Translations under genes and position numbers: made by a program
Notes under the pieces: model-generated
The model's database searches: none
Told to the model about the DNA's origin: nothing
What the model saw: only the letters and a program-made list of their open reading frames with translations
DNA from: Methanomassiliicoccaceae archaeon
Lineage (GTDB): Archaea > Thermoplasmatota > Thermoplasmata > Methanomassiliicoccales > Methanomassiliicoccaceae
Length of the DNA: 64,000 bases
Direction of reading: 5' to 3'
Assembly (NCBI GenBank): GCA_963728405.1
Contig: CAVSJV010000007.1
Location: forward strand, 160,001 to 224,000
In this document: piece after piece, positions 1 through 9,663 of the stretch
How positions within the stretch are numbered: the stretch's first letter is position 1
Layout of the letters: every line of letters starts with the position of its first letter

Positions 1-703
1 TGAGAAGGATGACCTTGTACATAGTGGTCAGCGGCACCACTCCTCCCTGCCCTATCGTCCAGCGGACGTTGACGATGGCACGACCCCTGTTATCCAAGTG
101 GGCTTTGTCCACCAGCCCCTGGTATTCGGGCCAGATGCTGGCGATGTCCCCTTCCACGTAGAAGTTCTTCTCTGAGCCGTAGGCCAGAGGCCGCTTGCTG
201 GACAAGCGGACGAAGTACCAGTCATCGGTGACCAGCCGAGCGTCCTGCATGCGCAGCAGGCCCCAGGAGTGGGTGGTCTTCCCGCTCTTGGAAGGGGCGA
301 TGAGCGAGATCCCCTTGCCGGCCACGTCCAACGCCGCGCCGTGCACCGAGTAGATGCGGTGCTGGTCTTCCAGGATATCGCTGGCCAGGGCGAGGGCGAT
401 GCTCTTGATCCAGCCGTAGTAGTCGATGTTGAACAGGAATGCCGTGCGAGTGAGGGGATCGTACTTGACCACCACCCGCTGCTCCGGATCGTTGAGCACT
501 ATCAGCCGGCCGTGGGACCGGACGCTCTCCGACATGCTGTAGAAGTTGTTCTCCCAGATCTGGTTCGTCCTCTCTTGGTCAGTGAGCAGGCGAATGCAGG
601 TTCCATGCAGCTCGCACTTGGCAGTGTAGAGATACCGACTCTCGTAGCGGGTGAACAGTTCGCTGCTCTCTTCAGGGCTGATGAGCTCGATCTCATAGGG
701 CAT
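1..703 (-). CDS. HPr kinase/PEP carboxykinase-like P-loop protein (3' end runs off the window)
   Basis: Manual translation from ATG at 703: MPYEIELISPEE...IYSVHGAALDVAGKGISLIAPSKSGKTTHSWGLL; HGAAL motif followed by a Walker A-like GKTT; TATA-like TTTATAGG about 30 nt upstream. Confidence 0.7.
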   Translation of the reverse strand, partial: MPYEIELISPEESSELFTRYESRYLYTAKCELHGTCIRLLTDQERTNQIWENNFYSMSESVRSHGRLIVLNDPEQRVVVKYDPLTRTAFLFNIDYYGWIKSIALALASDILEDQHRIYSVHGAALDVAGKGISLIAPSKSGKTTHSWGLLRMQDARLVTDDWYFVRLSSKRPLAYGSEKNFYVEGDIASIWPEYQGLVDKAHLDNRGRAIVNVRWTIGQGGVVPLTTMYKVILL

Positions 704-769
704 GGTCGGACCAGATTGGTAGATGGTATCGAGCCTATAAATCCGAGCGTCCTCCCATCTCTACCATTT

Positions 770-888
770 CATTAGGTCTCTCGGGGCCACGATCGCAGGT
801 GCGCTGATCGCCGCGCCACTGCCCCGATCATACGCAATGAGCGATCATCGTCACTACGCTCTTTGGGGTGCTGGTGATTAACCTAATG
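770..888 (-). ncRNA. Candidate structured non-coding RNA (~120 nt, three-way junction)
   Basis: 8-bp terminal inverted repeat CATTAGGT/ACCTAATG; internal stems TCGGGGC/GCCCCGA and GCGTAGTGA/TCATTGCGT (G-U pairs valid on the minus strand); AT-rich TATA-like tract at 905-923. Confidence 0.45.
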
Positions 889-939
889 CCTTCGGTGGTG
901 TTTCAAGATATATTAGATAAAAAGGATGCTGGCCGCCGT

Positions 940-2520
940 TCAACGGCCGTTGCCGTTAGCGGCCCTCATCAGCTTGTACTCCATGCTGTCCAGCAGCGCG
1001 ACGAGCGACGCCTCGATGACGTTGGTGGATACGCCCACGGTCGTCCAGGACTCCTCCCCGTCGGTCGATCGGATGAGCACCCGGACCTTCGCCCCGGTCG
1101 CATCCTTGCTGTCGATGACCCGGACCTTATAGTCCGCGAGCCGGACCTCGCGAAGTTCTGGGTAGAAGCGTTCCAGCGCCTTCCGGACCGCCCGGTCCAG
1201 CGCGTTGACCGGACCATTGCCGTTGGCCGCGGTGTGCTCCATCACTCCTTTGGAATCGACCACCTTGATGCTCGCCTCCGAGGAGACGTTGTTGCCGGTC
1301 ACATCGACGAAGATACGGAAGCCTTCCAGCCGGAAGGGTGGCTTGATGTCATCACGGAGGCGGCGGACCAACAGCTCGAACGAGGCGTCAGCGCCCTCGA
1401 ACTGGTACCCCTCCGATTCCATGTGCTTCAACTTGTCCAGGATCTTCTTTCCCGACTCCTTCTCGGTATCGATCCCGAACTCCTTCATCTTGGCCATGAT
1501 GGAGGCAGTGCCCGCCAGTTCCGAGGTCAGCACCCGGCGCTCATTGCCTACAAGGCTGGGGCTGATGTGCTCGTATGTCTTCTCGTCCTTCATCATGGCA
1601 TTGACGTGTATGCCGGCCTTGTGGGCGAACGCGCTCTTGCCGACGTACGGTAGCTTGGGATCAGCGATGATGTTGGCGGTCTCGCTGACGAACGTGGACA
1701 ACGCGGTGAGGTGGGTGAGGTCCGGTATGCTCAGTTTCCGCCCCATCTTGAACATTAAGGCTGGTGCTACGGAGCATAGGTTGGCGTTGCCACACCTCTC
1801 CCCCAGCCCGTTGATGGTTCCCTGGACCATGGTCGCCCCGCACTCCACGGCCATCAGGGAGTTGGCGACAGCCAGGTCCGAATCGTTGTGGGCGTGGACG
1901 CCTAGAGGCAGGTCGAAGCGTTCGACCACTGACTTGAACGCCGTTTCCACTTCCTTCGGCAACGAACCGCCATTGGTGTCGCACAGCACCAGCCAGTCCG
2001 CTCCCGCCTTACAGGCTGCTTCCAGCGTGCTCATGGCGTACTCGGGGGAGGCCTTGTAGCCATCGAAGAAATGCTCCGCATCGTACACCACCTCGAGGCC
2101 GTGGGTCTTGAGGAACGATACGCTGTCGGCTATGAGCTCCAGATTCTCCTCAAGCGGTATCTTCAAGGCGTTCTTGACATGGCGGTCCCAGCTCTTGCCG
2201 AAGATGGCCACGCAGGGCGCTTTTGAACCCACCAGCGACAGAAGGTTAGCATCCTCTGAAGCGTCCACCCCGGCCTTGCGGGTGCTGCCGAAGGCGACCA
2301 GTTGGGCGTGCTCGAACTGAACGCGGGACGCTGCTTCGAAGAAGGCCACATCCTTGGGGTTCGATCCGGGCCAGCCGCCCTCGATGAAGTCCATACCGAA
2401 CTGATCGAGCCTTTTGGCGATGTCCAGTTTATCCTCGGTGGAGAAAGATACACCCTCCGATTGGGTGCCATCTCTAAGCGTCGTGTCGTATAGCGCGACT
2501 TTACCCGCTAATAAATACAT
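940..2520 (-). CDS. cimA: Citramalate synthase (2-isopropylmalate synthase family, DRE-TIM fold with C-terminal regulatory domain)
   Basis: YDTTLRDGTQ, HAHND, GLGERCGNAN, FAHKAGIH, GNGPVNALD and ADYKVRV motifs. Confidence 0.85.
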   Translation of the reverse strand: MYLLAGKVALYDTTLRDGTQSEGVSFSTEDKLDIAKRLDQFGMDFIEGGWPGSNPKDVAFFEAASRVQFEHAQLVAFGSTRKAGVDASEDANLLSLVGSKAPCVAIFGKSWDRHVKNALKIPLEENLELIADSVSFLKTHGLEVVYDAEHFFDGYKASPEYAMSTLEAACKAGADWLVLCDTNGGSLPKEVETAFKSVVERFDLPLGVHAHNDSDLAVANSLMAVECGATMVQGTINGLGERCGNANLCSVAPALMFKMGRKLSIPDLTHLTALSTFVSETANIIADPKLPYVGKSAFAHKAGIHVNAMMKDEKTYEHISPSLVGNERRVLTSELAGTASIMAKMKEFGIDTEKESGKKILDKLKHMESEGYQFEGADASFELLVRRLRDDIKPPFRLEGFRIFVDVTGNNVSSEASIKVVDSKGVMEHTAANGNGPVNALDRAVRKALERFYPELREVRLADYKVRVIDSKDATGAKVRVLIRSTDGEESWTTVGVSTNVIEASLVALLDSMEYKLMRAANGNGR

Positions 2521-2600
2521 CCCTTTCTGCGTCCTTCATAGATAACTACTCCGAGACAGTCAAGGCATATTGCGGGAATGATATAAAAGAACGCTTTGTT

Positions 2601-3614
2601 TCATCGTTCTTTGGCCTGGTCCTCGTTCATGATCGCCAGCAGGTCGCTAAGCATGGCGCTTGCCGTCTCCTTGCGTCCCGCACCCCGCCCGACCACGGTG
2701 ATCTCTCCGGCCAGGTCCGTGATCAGCTGCACGATGTTCAGCGTGCCGCCGATCGACAGCGGGTGGCCGGCCGGCACCATTCTCGGCGATACCTCCAGTT
2801 TATTGTTGTTGATCTCGCCGATCAGCCGGATGACCTTCTTCTGCTCCGCCGCCATGGCGATGGCGTCCTCGGTTATGTTCCGGATGCCGGTCCTCAGGAC
2901 GTCGCTGTAGGTGACGTCCATGTTGAAGATGGCATTGGCCAGGATGGCGAGCTTGCACGCTGAATCGACCCCGTCGATGTCGTAGGACGGGTCCCTCTCA
3001 GCTATGCCCATCTCCTGCGCCTCCCGTAACGCCTGGTCGAACGGCAATCCCTCATCCTTCATGCGATTGAGGATGAAGTTGCAGGTGCCGTTCAGTATGC
3101 CCCGAAGCGAGTAGATCTGCTCGCCCCTGAGCAGCTCGCGGGAGAGGTTGATGACCGGCATTGCTCCGCCCACCGAAGCCTCGTACCTCAGTTGGACCTT
3201 GTTCCTCGCCGCCGCTTGGGAGAGCTCGCGGAACTTCAATGCGAGCGGCCCCTTGTTCGATGTGACCACGTTCTTGCCGGCGTTGAGCGCGGCCATTATG
3301 TACGAATAACCTGGTTCGGCGTCCACGATGTTGGTCGGCGTCGTCTCTATGAGCGTATCGAAGTCATAATTCTCGATGAACTCCTTGACGGTGCCCTCCA
3401 CCGCCTTCGTGCCCACGCTCCCGGTGGCGATCTTGCGGGAGACCAGTTCTACAGGGTCCAGGCCCTTGGCTTCCTTGATGAAGGTGCTCGAATCGAACGC
3501 TCCGACGATGGTGACCTTCTGCCCGAAGCTCCTGGCGAACAGCTCCTGTCGCTGCCCGATCACTTCGGCGATGCCCTGCCCCACCGTTCCGAAACCAGCG
3601 ATGACGACCTTCAC
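2601..3614 (-). CDS. hom: Homoserine dehydrogenase
   Basis: GFGTVG Rossmann motif, VVTSNKGPLA, YEASVGGAMP, GILNGTCNFIL, DIDGVDSACK. Confidence 0.93.
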   Translation of the reverse strand: MKVVIAGFGTVGQGIAEVIGQRQELFARSFGQKVTIVGAFDSSTFIKEAKGLDPVELVSRKIATGSVGTKAVEGTVKEFIENYDFDTLIETTPTNIVDAEPGYSYIMAALNAGKNVVTSNKGPLALKFRELSQAAARNKVQLRYEASVGGAMPVINLSRELLRGEQIYSLRGILNGTCNFILNRMKDEGLPFDQALREAQEMGIAERDPSYDIDGVDSACKLAILANAIFNMDVTYSDVLRTGIRNITEDAIAMAAEQKKVIRLIGEINNNKLEVSPRMVPAGHPLSIGGTLNIVQLITDLAGEITVVGRGAGRKETASAMLSDLLAIMNEDQAKER

Positions 3615-4109
3615 TTAATCAAGCCCCCTGATGAGGATGTAATCGTTCTTCTCCGCCCGCAGCTGGAAGAAGTTGTCGAGAGCGGCGATAGCTTCCTTCT
3701 TCGACGCCTTCCCGGTCACCAGGGCGGCGCGGGAGCTTGAATTGGCCGAGCCGGAGTACCGGATCTCGATGGACGCGATGTTCTCCATGGACTCGAGCCC
3801 TTTGGTGATGCTTTCCAGCTCCTTCGAGGTGATGTGGCCGACGATCAGGTACTGGATGGGATAGGTCTCGAAGAACGCGTCGATCTTGGCAACGTCCACC
3901 TCCCGCTGCTTCCAGGTGCTCAGGATCTTATCCAGCGCCTGCTCCGAACGGACCTCGAAAGTGACGTTGACCGCGATCCTCCCACCGACCTTCACATCGT
4001 GGTGGTGCACGACCCCCCTGATATTGCCGTCGTTCGCGGATATCGGCTCCAGGGCGCCCACTAGCTGTCCCGGAATGTCCTTTAGTCGCAGGTCCACGTT
4101 CACCTTCAT
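3615..4109 (-). CDS. ACT-domain allosteric regulator of homoserine dehydrogenase
   Basis: MKVNVDLRLKDIPGQLVGALEPISANDGNIRGVVH ACT-like start; abuts hom. The longer track ORF overlaps tRNA-Ser, so the start is placed at ATG 4109. Confidence 0.8.
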   Translation of the reverse strand: MKVNVDLRLKDIPGQLVGALEPISANDGNIRGVVHHHDVKVGGRIAVNVTFEVRSEQALDKILSTWKQREVDVAKIDAFFETYPIQYLIVGHITSKELESITKGLESMENIASIEIRYSGSANSSSRAALVTGKASKKEAIAALDNFFQLRAEKNDYILIRGLD

Positions 4110-4205
4110 GCTAAAACCTCGTCGTCCTTTCCGACCTGACGGTATTCGGCGTATATGATACTTGATAAAATCGCGGCACGGGCCGCTTAGAAAGATGGTG
4201 GTGAG

Positions 4206-4289
4206 CGCCGAGGGGGAGATTTGAACTCCCGAGTCCTTGCGGACACAAGCTTTCCAGGCTTGCGCCTTACCGGTCTGGGCCACCTCGGC
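4206..4289 (-). tRNA. tRNA-Ser(GGA)
   Basis: GCCGAGG...CCTCGGCG acceptor stem, CAAGC-CTGGAAA-GCTTG anticodon arm, long variable arm, GTTCAAATC T-loop. Confidence 0.95.
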
Positions 4290-4748
4290 CTAGTTTTGCT
4301 CCTAACCGCGATATGCAATTTAAAGATGTCGGGTTGGAACTGCTGTCTCCTTCTCCAGAATGGAACATGCGCCGACCTACTAATGTGTTCCACGGTCGAT
4401 ACACTTTCGCTCTCTGCGAAGGATGCCACACATGAACAGGAGGGTTTCACTTTCGCCCACCTCCGAGGCAAAGGGAGTTGAGGATGGGAACGAGTGAGCG
4501 AACGGAGGGAAACAATGGCCCGTTCCAGTGGTAGGGAGTGCGTGTTGGATGGAGCTAGGAAGGAGTATCCCCGCTCTGAGGGCGGGGAACAATGTTCTGG
4601 AACTGGAGAACGTAAAAAAATCATGGTGAACGATGGTGACAAGGTCGAAGATGGCGGGGGCGCGATGCTCCCGTGCGCTGACATGACCTGCCCCTGTAGG
4701 GTCCTCAAAAAGCGTTAGCTAAGGTACTGGCAGGATGGTCCTTAGGAC

Positions 4749-5525
4749 TCAGTACGGTAGCGAATCCCTCACCGTTGGTCTGGCCCGGCGCGCCGCTCTC
4801 ACTTCGTCAAGGGATAGCTCTATCACCGAGAGGTCCTCTTCGAAGTATTTGTTCTTGACCAGCTGGTTGCCCCTCGGACCGCAGGCCTCTCCGCCGCCGA
4901 AGAACACCTGGTTCAGCTGGGTGCCGACCTGGTTGACGTAGGCAACATAGGTGGTGTTCTCGATCGCTCTTGCCGGGATCAGGCGTTCAAAGAACTCCCG
5001 GGAGGTGGCCGGGGATGCCGATATGCATATCACGGCCTCCGCGCCGGCCAGGGCGTAGGACTTCGCGAGCTCGGGGAAGAACAGGTCATAGCAGATGACC
5101 GCTCCGATCTTGTGTCCTTCTACTTCCATAAGGGTGCCGACCGTCCCCGCACCGAAGTAGAAACCCTCCTCGAACGGGCCGAAGTTGGCCAGGTTCACCT
5201 TATCATAGCGCTGCAGGACCTCGTTCGGAGAGACCAGGACCGCACTGTTACGCACCACTCCCGGCACCCCATCGTCCCACGCGGGCATGCCGAAAAGGAC
5301 ATGCGCCCCCTGCTCGTCCGCCAGCTGCTGCACCGCCTTGACGCTCTTGCCGTCCAGGCCCTCAGCTAGGCGGAACACCTCGTCCCGGATCATGTATCCG
5401 GTCAGGAACAGCTCCGGGAAGACGTACAGGTCGGCCTTGCCGTTCTCCACGACCTTCCTCATCCGGGCGAGGTTCTCCTTCTTGTCTCCAAGGGCACAGG
5501 GTACCTGAGCTAGGGCGATGCGCAT
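4749..5525 (-). CDS. Carbon-nitrogen hydrolase (nitrilase family), possible glutaminase partner of NadE
   Basis: E-K-C triad motifs FPELF, YDKVNL and ICYDLFFPE; ARAIEN; divergent from nadE. Confidence 0.85.
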   Translation of the reverse strand: MRIALAQVPCALGDKKENLARMRKVVENGKADLYVFPELFLTGYMIRDEVFRLAEGLDGKSVKAVQQLADEQGAHVLFGMPAWDDGVPGVVRNSAVLVSPNEVLQRYDKVNLANFGPFEEGFYFGAGTVGTLMEVEGHKIGAVICYDLFFPELAKSYALAGAEAVICISASPATSREFFERLIPARAIENTTYVAYVNQVGTQLNQVFFGGGEACGPRGNQLVKNKYFEEDLSVIELSLDEVRAARRARPTVRDSLPY

Positions 5526-5591
5526 GATCCTACCTTCTCGCCCGACATCAGTAAGGTAACTGATAAAAGAGAGTACCCTTATTTCATCCGC

Positions 5592-6392
5592 ATGAGGCCG
5601 CAGCTCAAGGACTATGCCTACCCCGCGATCAAGAATTTCATACGGCAGAAGGTCAATGAATGCGGAGGAACGGGCGTGGTCATCGGCCTGAGCGGGGGCA
5701 TCGACTCGGCCACGGTGTCCAAACTGTGCGCCGACGCCATCGGGCCGGAGAAGGTGTTGAACATCTTCATGCCTGCCCAGACCTCATCAAAAAAGGACCG
5801 CCAGGATGCCGAGGACTTCTGCCGTCAGTTCGGAATGGGGCTCCTGGTCGTGGACATCGGGCCGGCAGTACAGGCCTACGCTTCAATGTTGCCGTCCATG
5901 GACAATAAGGAGTTTGCCGGCAACACCATGGCGCGTTCACGCATGATCGTCCTCTACCACCACGCCCGACTGCTTGGCCGCGCCGTCATGGGCACCAGCA
6001 ACAAGAGCGAGTTGCTGACTGGCTACTTCACCAAGTTCGGGGATGGTGGCGTGGACTTCTGCCCAATCGGCGATCTATACAAGACCGAGGTGCGTCAGCT
6101 CGCCGAGCAGATCGGCGTCACCAGGGCGATCATCGACAAGGTGCCCTCGGCGGGGCTGTGGGACGGTCAAACCGACGAGGGAGAGATGGGAATCACCTAC
6201 GAGAAACTGGACCAGGTTTTGCTCGGCCTTGAACGCTCCCTTAGCAATGAGGCGGTGGCCGCGGAGACAGGGGTCCCGCTCGATAAGGTGGACAGGGTCT
6301 GGAACATGTACAGATGCAGCGTCCACAAGCGTAAGACGCCCTTGATACCGAAGTTGGGCTTGAGAACCTTAGGGCTTGACTGGAGAGAGTGA
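5592..6392 (+). CDS. nadE: NAD+ synthetase (single-domain, NH3-dependent type)
   Basis: GLSGGIDS, GN..ARSRM, GTSNKSE, GYFTKFGDG, PSAGLW.GQTDE, HKR. Confidence 0.93.
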   Translation: MRPQLKDYAYPAIKNFIRQKVNECGGTGVVIGLSGGIDSATVSKLCADAIGPEKVLNIFMPAQTSSKKDRQDAEDFCRQFGMGLLVVDIGPAVQAYASMLPSMDNKEFAGNTMARSRMIVLYHHARLLGRAVMGTSNKSELLTGYFTKFGDGGVDFCPIGDLYKTEVRQLAEQIGVTRAIIDKVPSAGLWDGQTDEGEMGITYEKLDQVLLGLERSLSNEAVAAETGVPLDKVDRVWNMYRCSVHKRKTPLIPKLGLRTLGLDWRE

Positions 6393-6872
6393 GCCGCTAC
6401 CCTCCAGTACTTTGATGAGAGCGCCAGGCTCCTCGACATCGAACACGATTCGGTCGGCCCTCTTGCCGAGGGCCCATCCAAAGGTATGCTTCTTCAGCAG
6501 CTCGACCTCGATAAGGTCCGTGCGCCGGGTGGTGACGAACAGCGTGGAGGTCAGCAACCTGAAGAACACTCCGGTCCTTGCCGGCCCCTTGAGCAGGCGA
6601 TTGACCTTTCGTATCTCCCGGAGAGGGACCTGGGCCTTGAAGTACCAGCCCTGCCTGAGCACAAGTACACCGTCCTGGACCTCGTGCTCGGTGAACAGCG
6701 GTGACACCCCCAGCACCAGGAAGAGCGCCAGCTCCAGCAGGAGGATGACCGCAAGGTACACAAGGTCTATGTCGGTCATGAGCAGTATGAACGAGGTCAG
6801 CACGATCAGCGCCCCTAAGAATGCCAAGTTGACAAAGAACGATCTCTTGGAGTAGGCGAACGACCTCTGCAT
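6369..6872 (-). CDS. Membrane protein with two N-terminal TM helices and a soluble PH-like domain
   Basis: Two hydrophobic segments followed by a beta-rich domain; no firm family. Confidence 0.6.
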   Translation of the reverse strand: MQRSFAYSKRSFFVNLAFLGALIVLTSFILLMTDIDLVYLAVILLLELALFLVLGVSPLFTEHEVQDGVLVLRQGWYFKAQVPLREIRKVNRLLKGPARTGVFFRLLTSTLFVTTRRTDLIEVELLKKHTFGWALGKRADRIVFDVEEPGALIKVLEGSGSLSPVKP

Positions 6873-6985
6873 GACGGGGGTATTATCGTTAGGCCGATAT
6901 CCAATTTTCCAATGCTAGTGAACAACGGGCGGCTGGTGTGGAATGGAAAGATTTAATTAAGACTTCCTTATTTGGCAACCAGTAC

Positions 6986-7058
6986 GCTCCCGTAGTGTAG
7001 CGGCCAATCATGAAGCCCTCTCGAGGCTTCGACTCGGGTTCAAATCCCGACGGGAGCA
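6986..7058 (+). tRNA. tRNA-Glu(CTC)
   Basis: GCTCCCG...CGGGAGCA acceptor stem, AAGCC-CTCTCGA-GGCTT anticodon arm, GGTTCAAATCCC T arm. Confidence 0.95.
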
Positions 7059-7256
7059 CTTCACTTTTATCCAGATAAGCGGTTTCCAGACTCAATTCGG
7101 GCGTTTTTGGCGAAATTGACATCTGGTTGACCCCTTATTTGACCACAAGTGGTACAAAGCGCTTATTCGAGGAACGAAGAATTATCAAGCTTTTCCATCC
7201 TTTTTTATTCGCACACCACTCTTTATCTCACTAACACATGCGCTTTTAGGGAAATC

Positions 7257-7603
7257 TAATTGCATGTCCGAGGTGCCCACGAACAGGGGGACCATGTCGA
7301 CGCCGGCGTCCACTGCCGCGTCGATGTCGCCCTTCGTCACCCTGGACAGCGCCAGGATGTCGGCGTTGAGACCCGCTCGGAGATGTCCTTGATCGTCCTG
7401 ACCTCGTTCTCCGACACCGCTGGGAAGCCCGCCTCGATCCGGTGCACGCGAGCCTAGTCCAGTATCTGGGCGATGGAGATCTTCTGCTCCCTGGAGAACG
7501 CCACCCCGGGGGTCTGTTCGCCGTCGCGGAGGGTCGAGTCGTAAACCATGACCTCGGACGCCCTGATGGCAGGGTTGTAAGGGCTCAGCGCCACCTTGTC
7601 CAC
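7257..7603 (-). pseudogene. Homocitrate synthase/isopropylmalate synthase (AksA/LeuA-like) N-terminal fragment
   Basis: [20 protein letters not shown]...IEAGFPAVSE; in-frame TAG at 7454-7456, a frameshift near 7380 and truncation after FVGTSDMQL. Confidence 0.8.
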
Positions 7604-7671
7604 GGGCGGTCAAAAGAATGAGCTCGATTAAACTGTTTTCAATATCCTTCGTAACGAATAAAGAAGGGCAA

Positions 7672-9549
7672 TCACTCCATCTCCCGCTGCCCCTCCCCAT
7701 CCTTCGAACCCACGGCGGCGACGCTCGGCTGCGGCCTCACGCTTCTCAGGCCCAGCACGTACTTGAACGCGATCAGGCCCAGCATGTTGGTGATCGTCAT
7801 CGGCACCGCGGTGCTGGTCATGACCGTGACGACGTCGCTCCACGGGTAGTCCATAGACAGCAGGGGAAGGTACAGGAACAGGTGCATCACCTCCACTAGG
7901 ATGGCGACGAAGGAGACCTTAAGGTAGCTTATCCGTCCTTTCCAGTACCACGAGAGTAGGCCGGCCACGATGCCCCCAGAGACTGTGGCCACGAAGCATG
8001 GGACAGCCGACCAGCCACCCAGGCCATAACGGTAGCTGCCGCCCACCAGACCGACCAGCCCACCGATGACCGGTCCCCCCAGAAGCCCGGCCATCATCGG
8101 CCCGAGGTCCCGGTAGTTGATGATCACGCCGTCGTACTCGATGCCCCCGGTCGTCCCGAGTATCGATATCGCGGAGAACAGGAGGAGGCAGGCCGCCGCC
8201 CCCTTCCAACGGTGCACGTTCCGGACCATCCAGGGGAGCACGCCCAGCCTGAGCAGCAGGTAGAGAAGCAGGGACACTGCCCCGACCCTGATCAGTATCG
8301 GCACTCCGAAGGCGAGCATCGTCTCCTCTTTGAGCAACGCGATGATTAGGATCAATGAACTGCCGACAAGGGCGACCGCGCTCCACACCAGCCCCGCCCT
8401 GGCCTGGGCCGGCATCTTCCAATTGAGATATATGAGGGTGAACCCGGAGAGGGCGAACAAGGCCGATGACACCGCCGAGATGAACCCGAGCAGGTTGGAG
8501 GGGGTGCCCAGCCACAGCGACGCCGAGATTAGGATAACGTAGAAGAGGACCAGGGCACGGTACAGAATCTTTCTGTCCAGGCTGGTGGTCTTGGTCTGGT
8601 GGAGCATCCTGGTGATAGCCCTGGCCCTCCCGTCAATGCCCACGAGCATGACGCCGAAGAACAGCAGGAAGATCGAAAGGACGAAGGCCGGGGCGGCGTA
8701 GGGCAGTGACCCCAAGGCGGTCGCCTGAACTGACAAGTAGCCGTCCGAGCCGGAGTTCCAGGCCACAATAACGATGGCCAGGGCGATGAGCCCGGTGAGG
8801 GTGAAGGCGGTGGCTAGGCTGGCTCGTATGTTCCTCACCATCTTGTCCAACCCCTCGGTCTGGGGTGCCTTCTGAAGCTTGTCGCCGATCCAGACCGAGT
8901 ACAGGAGCAGGGACAGGCCCGATCCGCTGCCCATGACCAGCATGAGGTCCGGCTCCAGGTCGTACAGGGGGACGTTGCTGCTGATCGGACCGGTTGTTCC
9001 TCCCATTAGCGCCGACAAGGTGCAATATAAGAGGATGATCCCGACCGTGCTGATGAGCAAGTACACAAACTTTTCCAGCAGCTTGAATGACCGGACCTGC
9101 AGGAACACTAGGGCGACGAGGAGGAAGGCTACGGCCAGAAACCTTTCCGACTGGTCCCCCGGGGTCAGTGAGTCGAGCACGGCGGCTGCGGCTAAGGCGA
9201 TGAGGGAGTAGTTCACGACCTCGAGCACATAGACAGCGATGACCGTCCAGACCCCCCAATTCTTAGGCCCGGGCAGCCTGGGAAGGGCGGAGAAGACGCT
9301 TTCCCCCCGCGACACGGTGTATCGGGCCAGGCCGTCGACGATGGCGAACCTGAAGATCAAGGAAAGACCGATGAACAGGAAGATGAACAGCCCGAGGTCG
9401 TGCCCCACTGCGAAATAGTTGGAGAATCCCTTACCACTCATCTGAACGACTATGAACATGGCTGGGCCGAGGAAAAGAGCGGAATCGAGTAGAGCGACCT
9501 TAAGCCCCCACCTGAGGTCTCGACCAACCATCTCTGCATGAACGAGCAT
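7672..9549 (-). CDS. NRAMP/APC-like transporter fused to a C-terminal LytS/YhcK-type 5TM receptor (5TMR-LYT) domain
   Basis: N-terminal polytopic region with DGLARYTVSRGES (NRAMP-like); C-terminal NYRDLGPMMAGLLGGP..GGLVGLVGGSYRY..GG signature of 5TMR-LYT. Confidence 0.7.
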   Translation of the reverse strand: MLVHAEMVGRDLRWGLKVALLDSALFLGPAMFIVVQMSGKGFSNYFAVGHDLGLFIFLFIGLSLIFRFAIVDGLARYTVSRGESVFSALPRLPGPKNWGVWTVIAVYVLEVVNYSLIALAAAAVLDSLTPGDQSERFLAVAFLLVALVFLQVRSFKLLEKFVYLLISTVGIILLYCTLSALMGGTTGPISSNVPLYDLEPDLMLVMGSGSGLSLLLYSVWIGDKLQKAPQTEGLDKMVRNIRASLATAFTLTGLIALAIVIVAWNSGSDGYLSVQATALGSLPYAAPAFVLSIFLLFFGVMLVGIDGRARAITRMLHQTKTTSLDRKILYRALVLFYVILISASLWLGTPSNLLGFISAVSSALFALSGFTLIYLNWKMPAQARAGLVWSAVALVGSSLILIIALLKEETMLAFGVPILIRVGAVSLLLYLLLRLGVLPWMVRNVHRWKGAAACLLLFSAISILGTTGGIEYDGVIINYRDLGPMMAGLLGGPVIGGLVGLVGGSYRYGLGGWSAVPCFVATVSGGIVAGLLSWYWKGRISYLKVSFVAILVEVMHLFLYLPLLSMDYPWSDVVTVMTSTAVPMTITNMLGLIAFKYVLGLRSVRPQPSVAAVGSKDGEGQREME

Positions 9550-9663
9550 GCGGAGTAATAAAACATGTTTTAATTGCCTTAGTTAAAATATTCTTTCACT
9601 TTTCATTCTCCTGTTGAAAATATTCTTAAATGGATAAAAACAATACCGGCCAGGTAGGATGGG

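Noticed and set aside
3615-4283. 222-aa ORF as listed in the track
   Set aside because: Its 5' part is tRNA-Ser sequence; the real ACT protein starts at 4109
4330-4720. Short ORFs upstream of tRNA-Ser
   Set aside because: No recognisable motifs; overlapping frames are equally weak
7454-7456. In-frame TAG in the AksA-like fragment as a possible pyrrolysine codon
   Set aside because: The same gene also has a frameshift and is truncated, so decay is the simpler explanation
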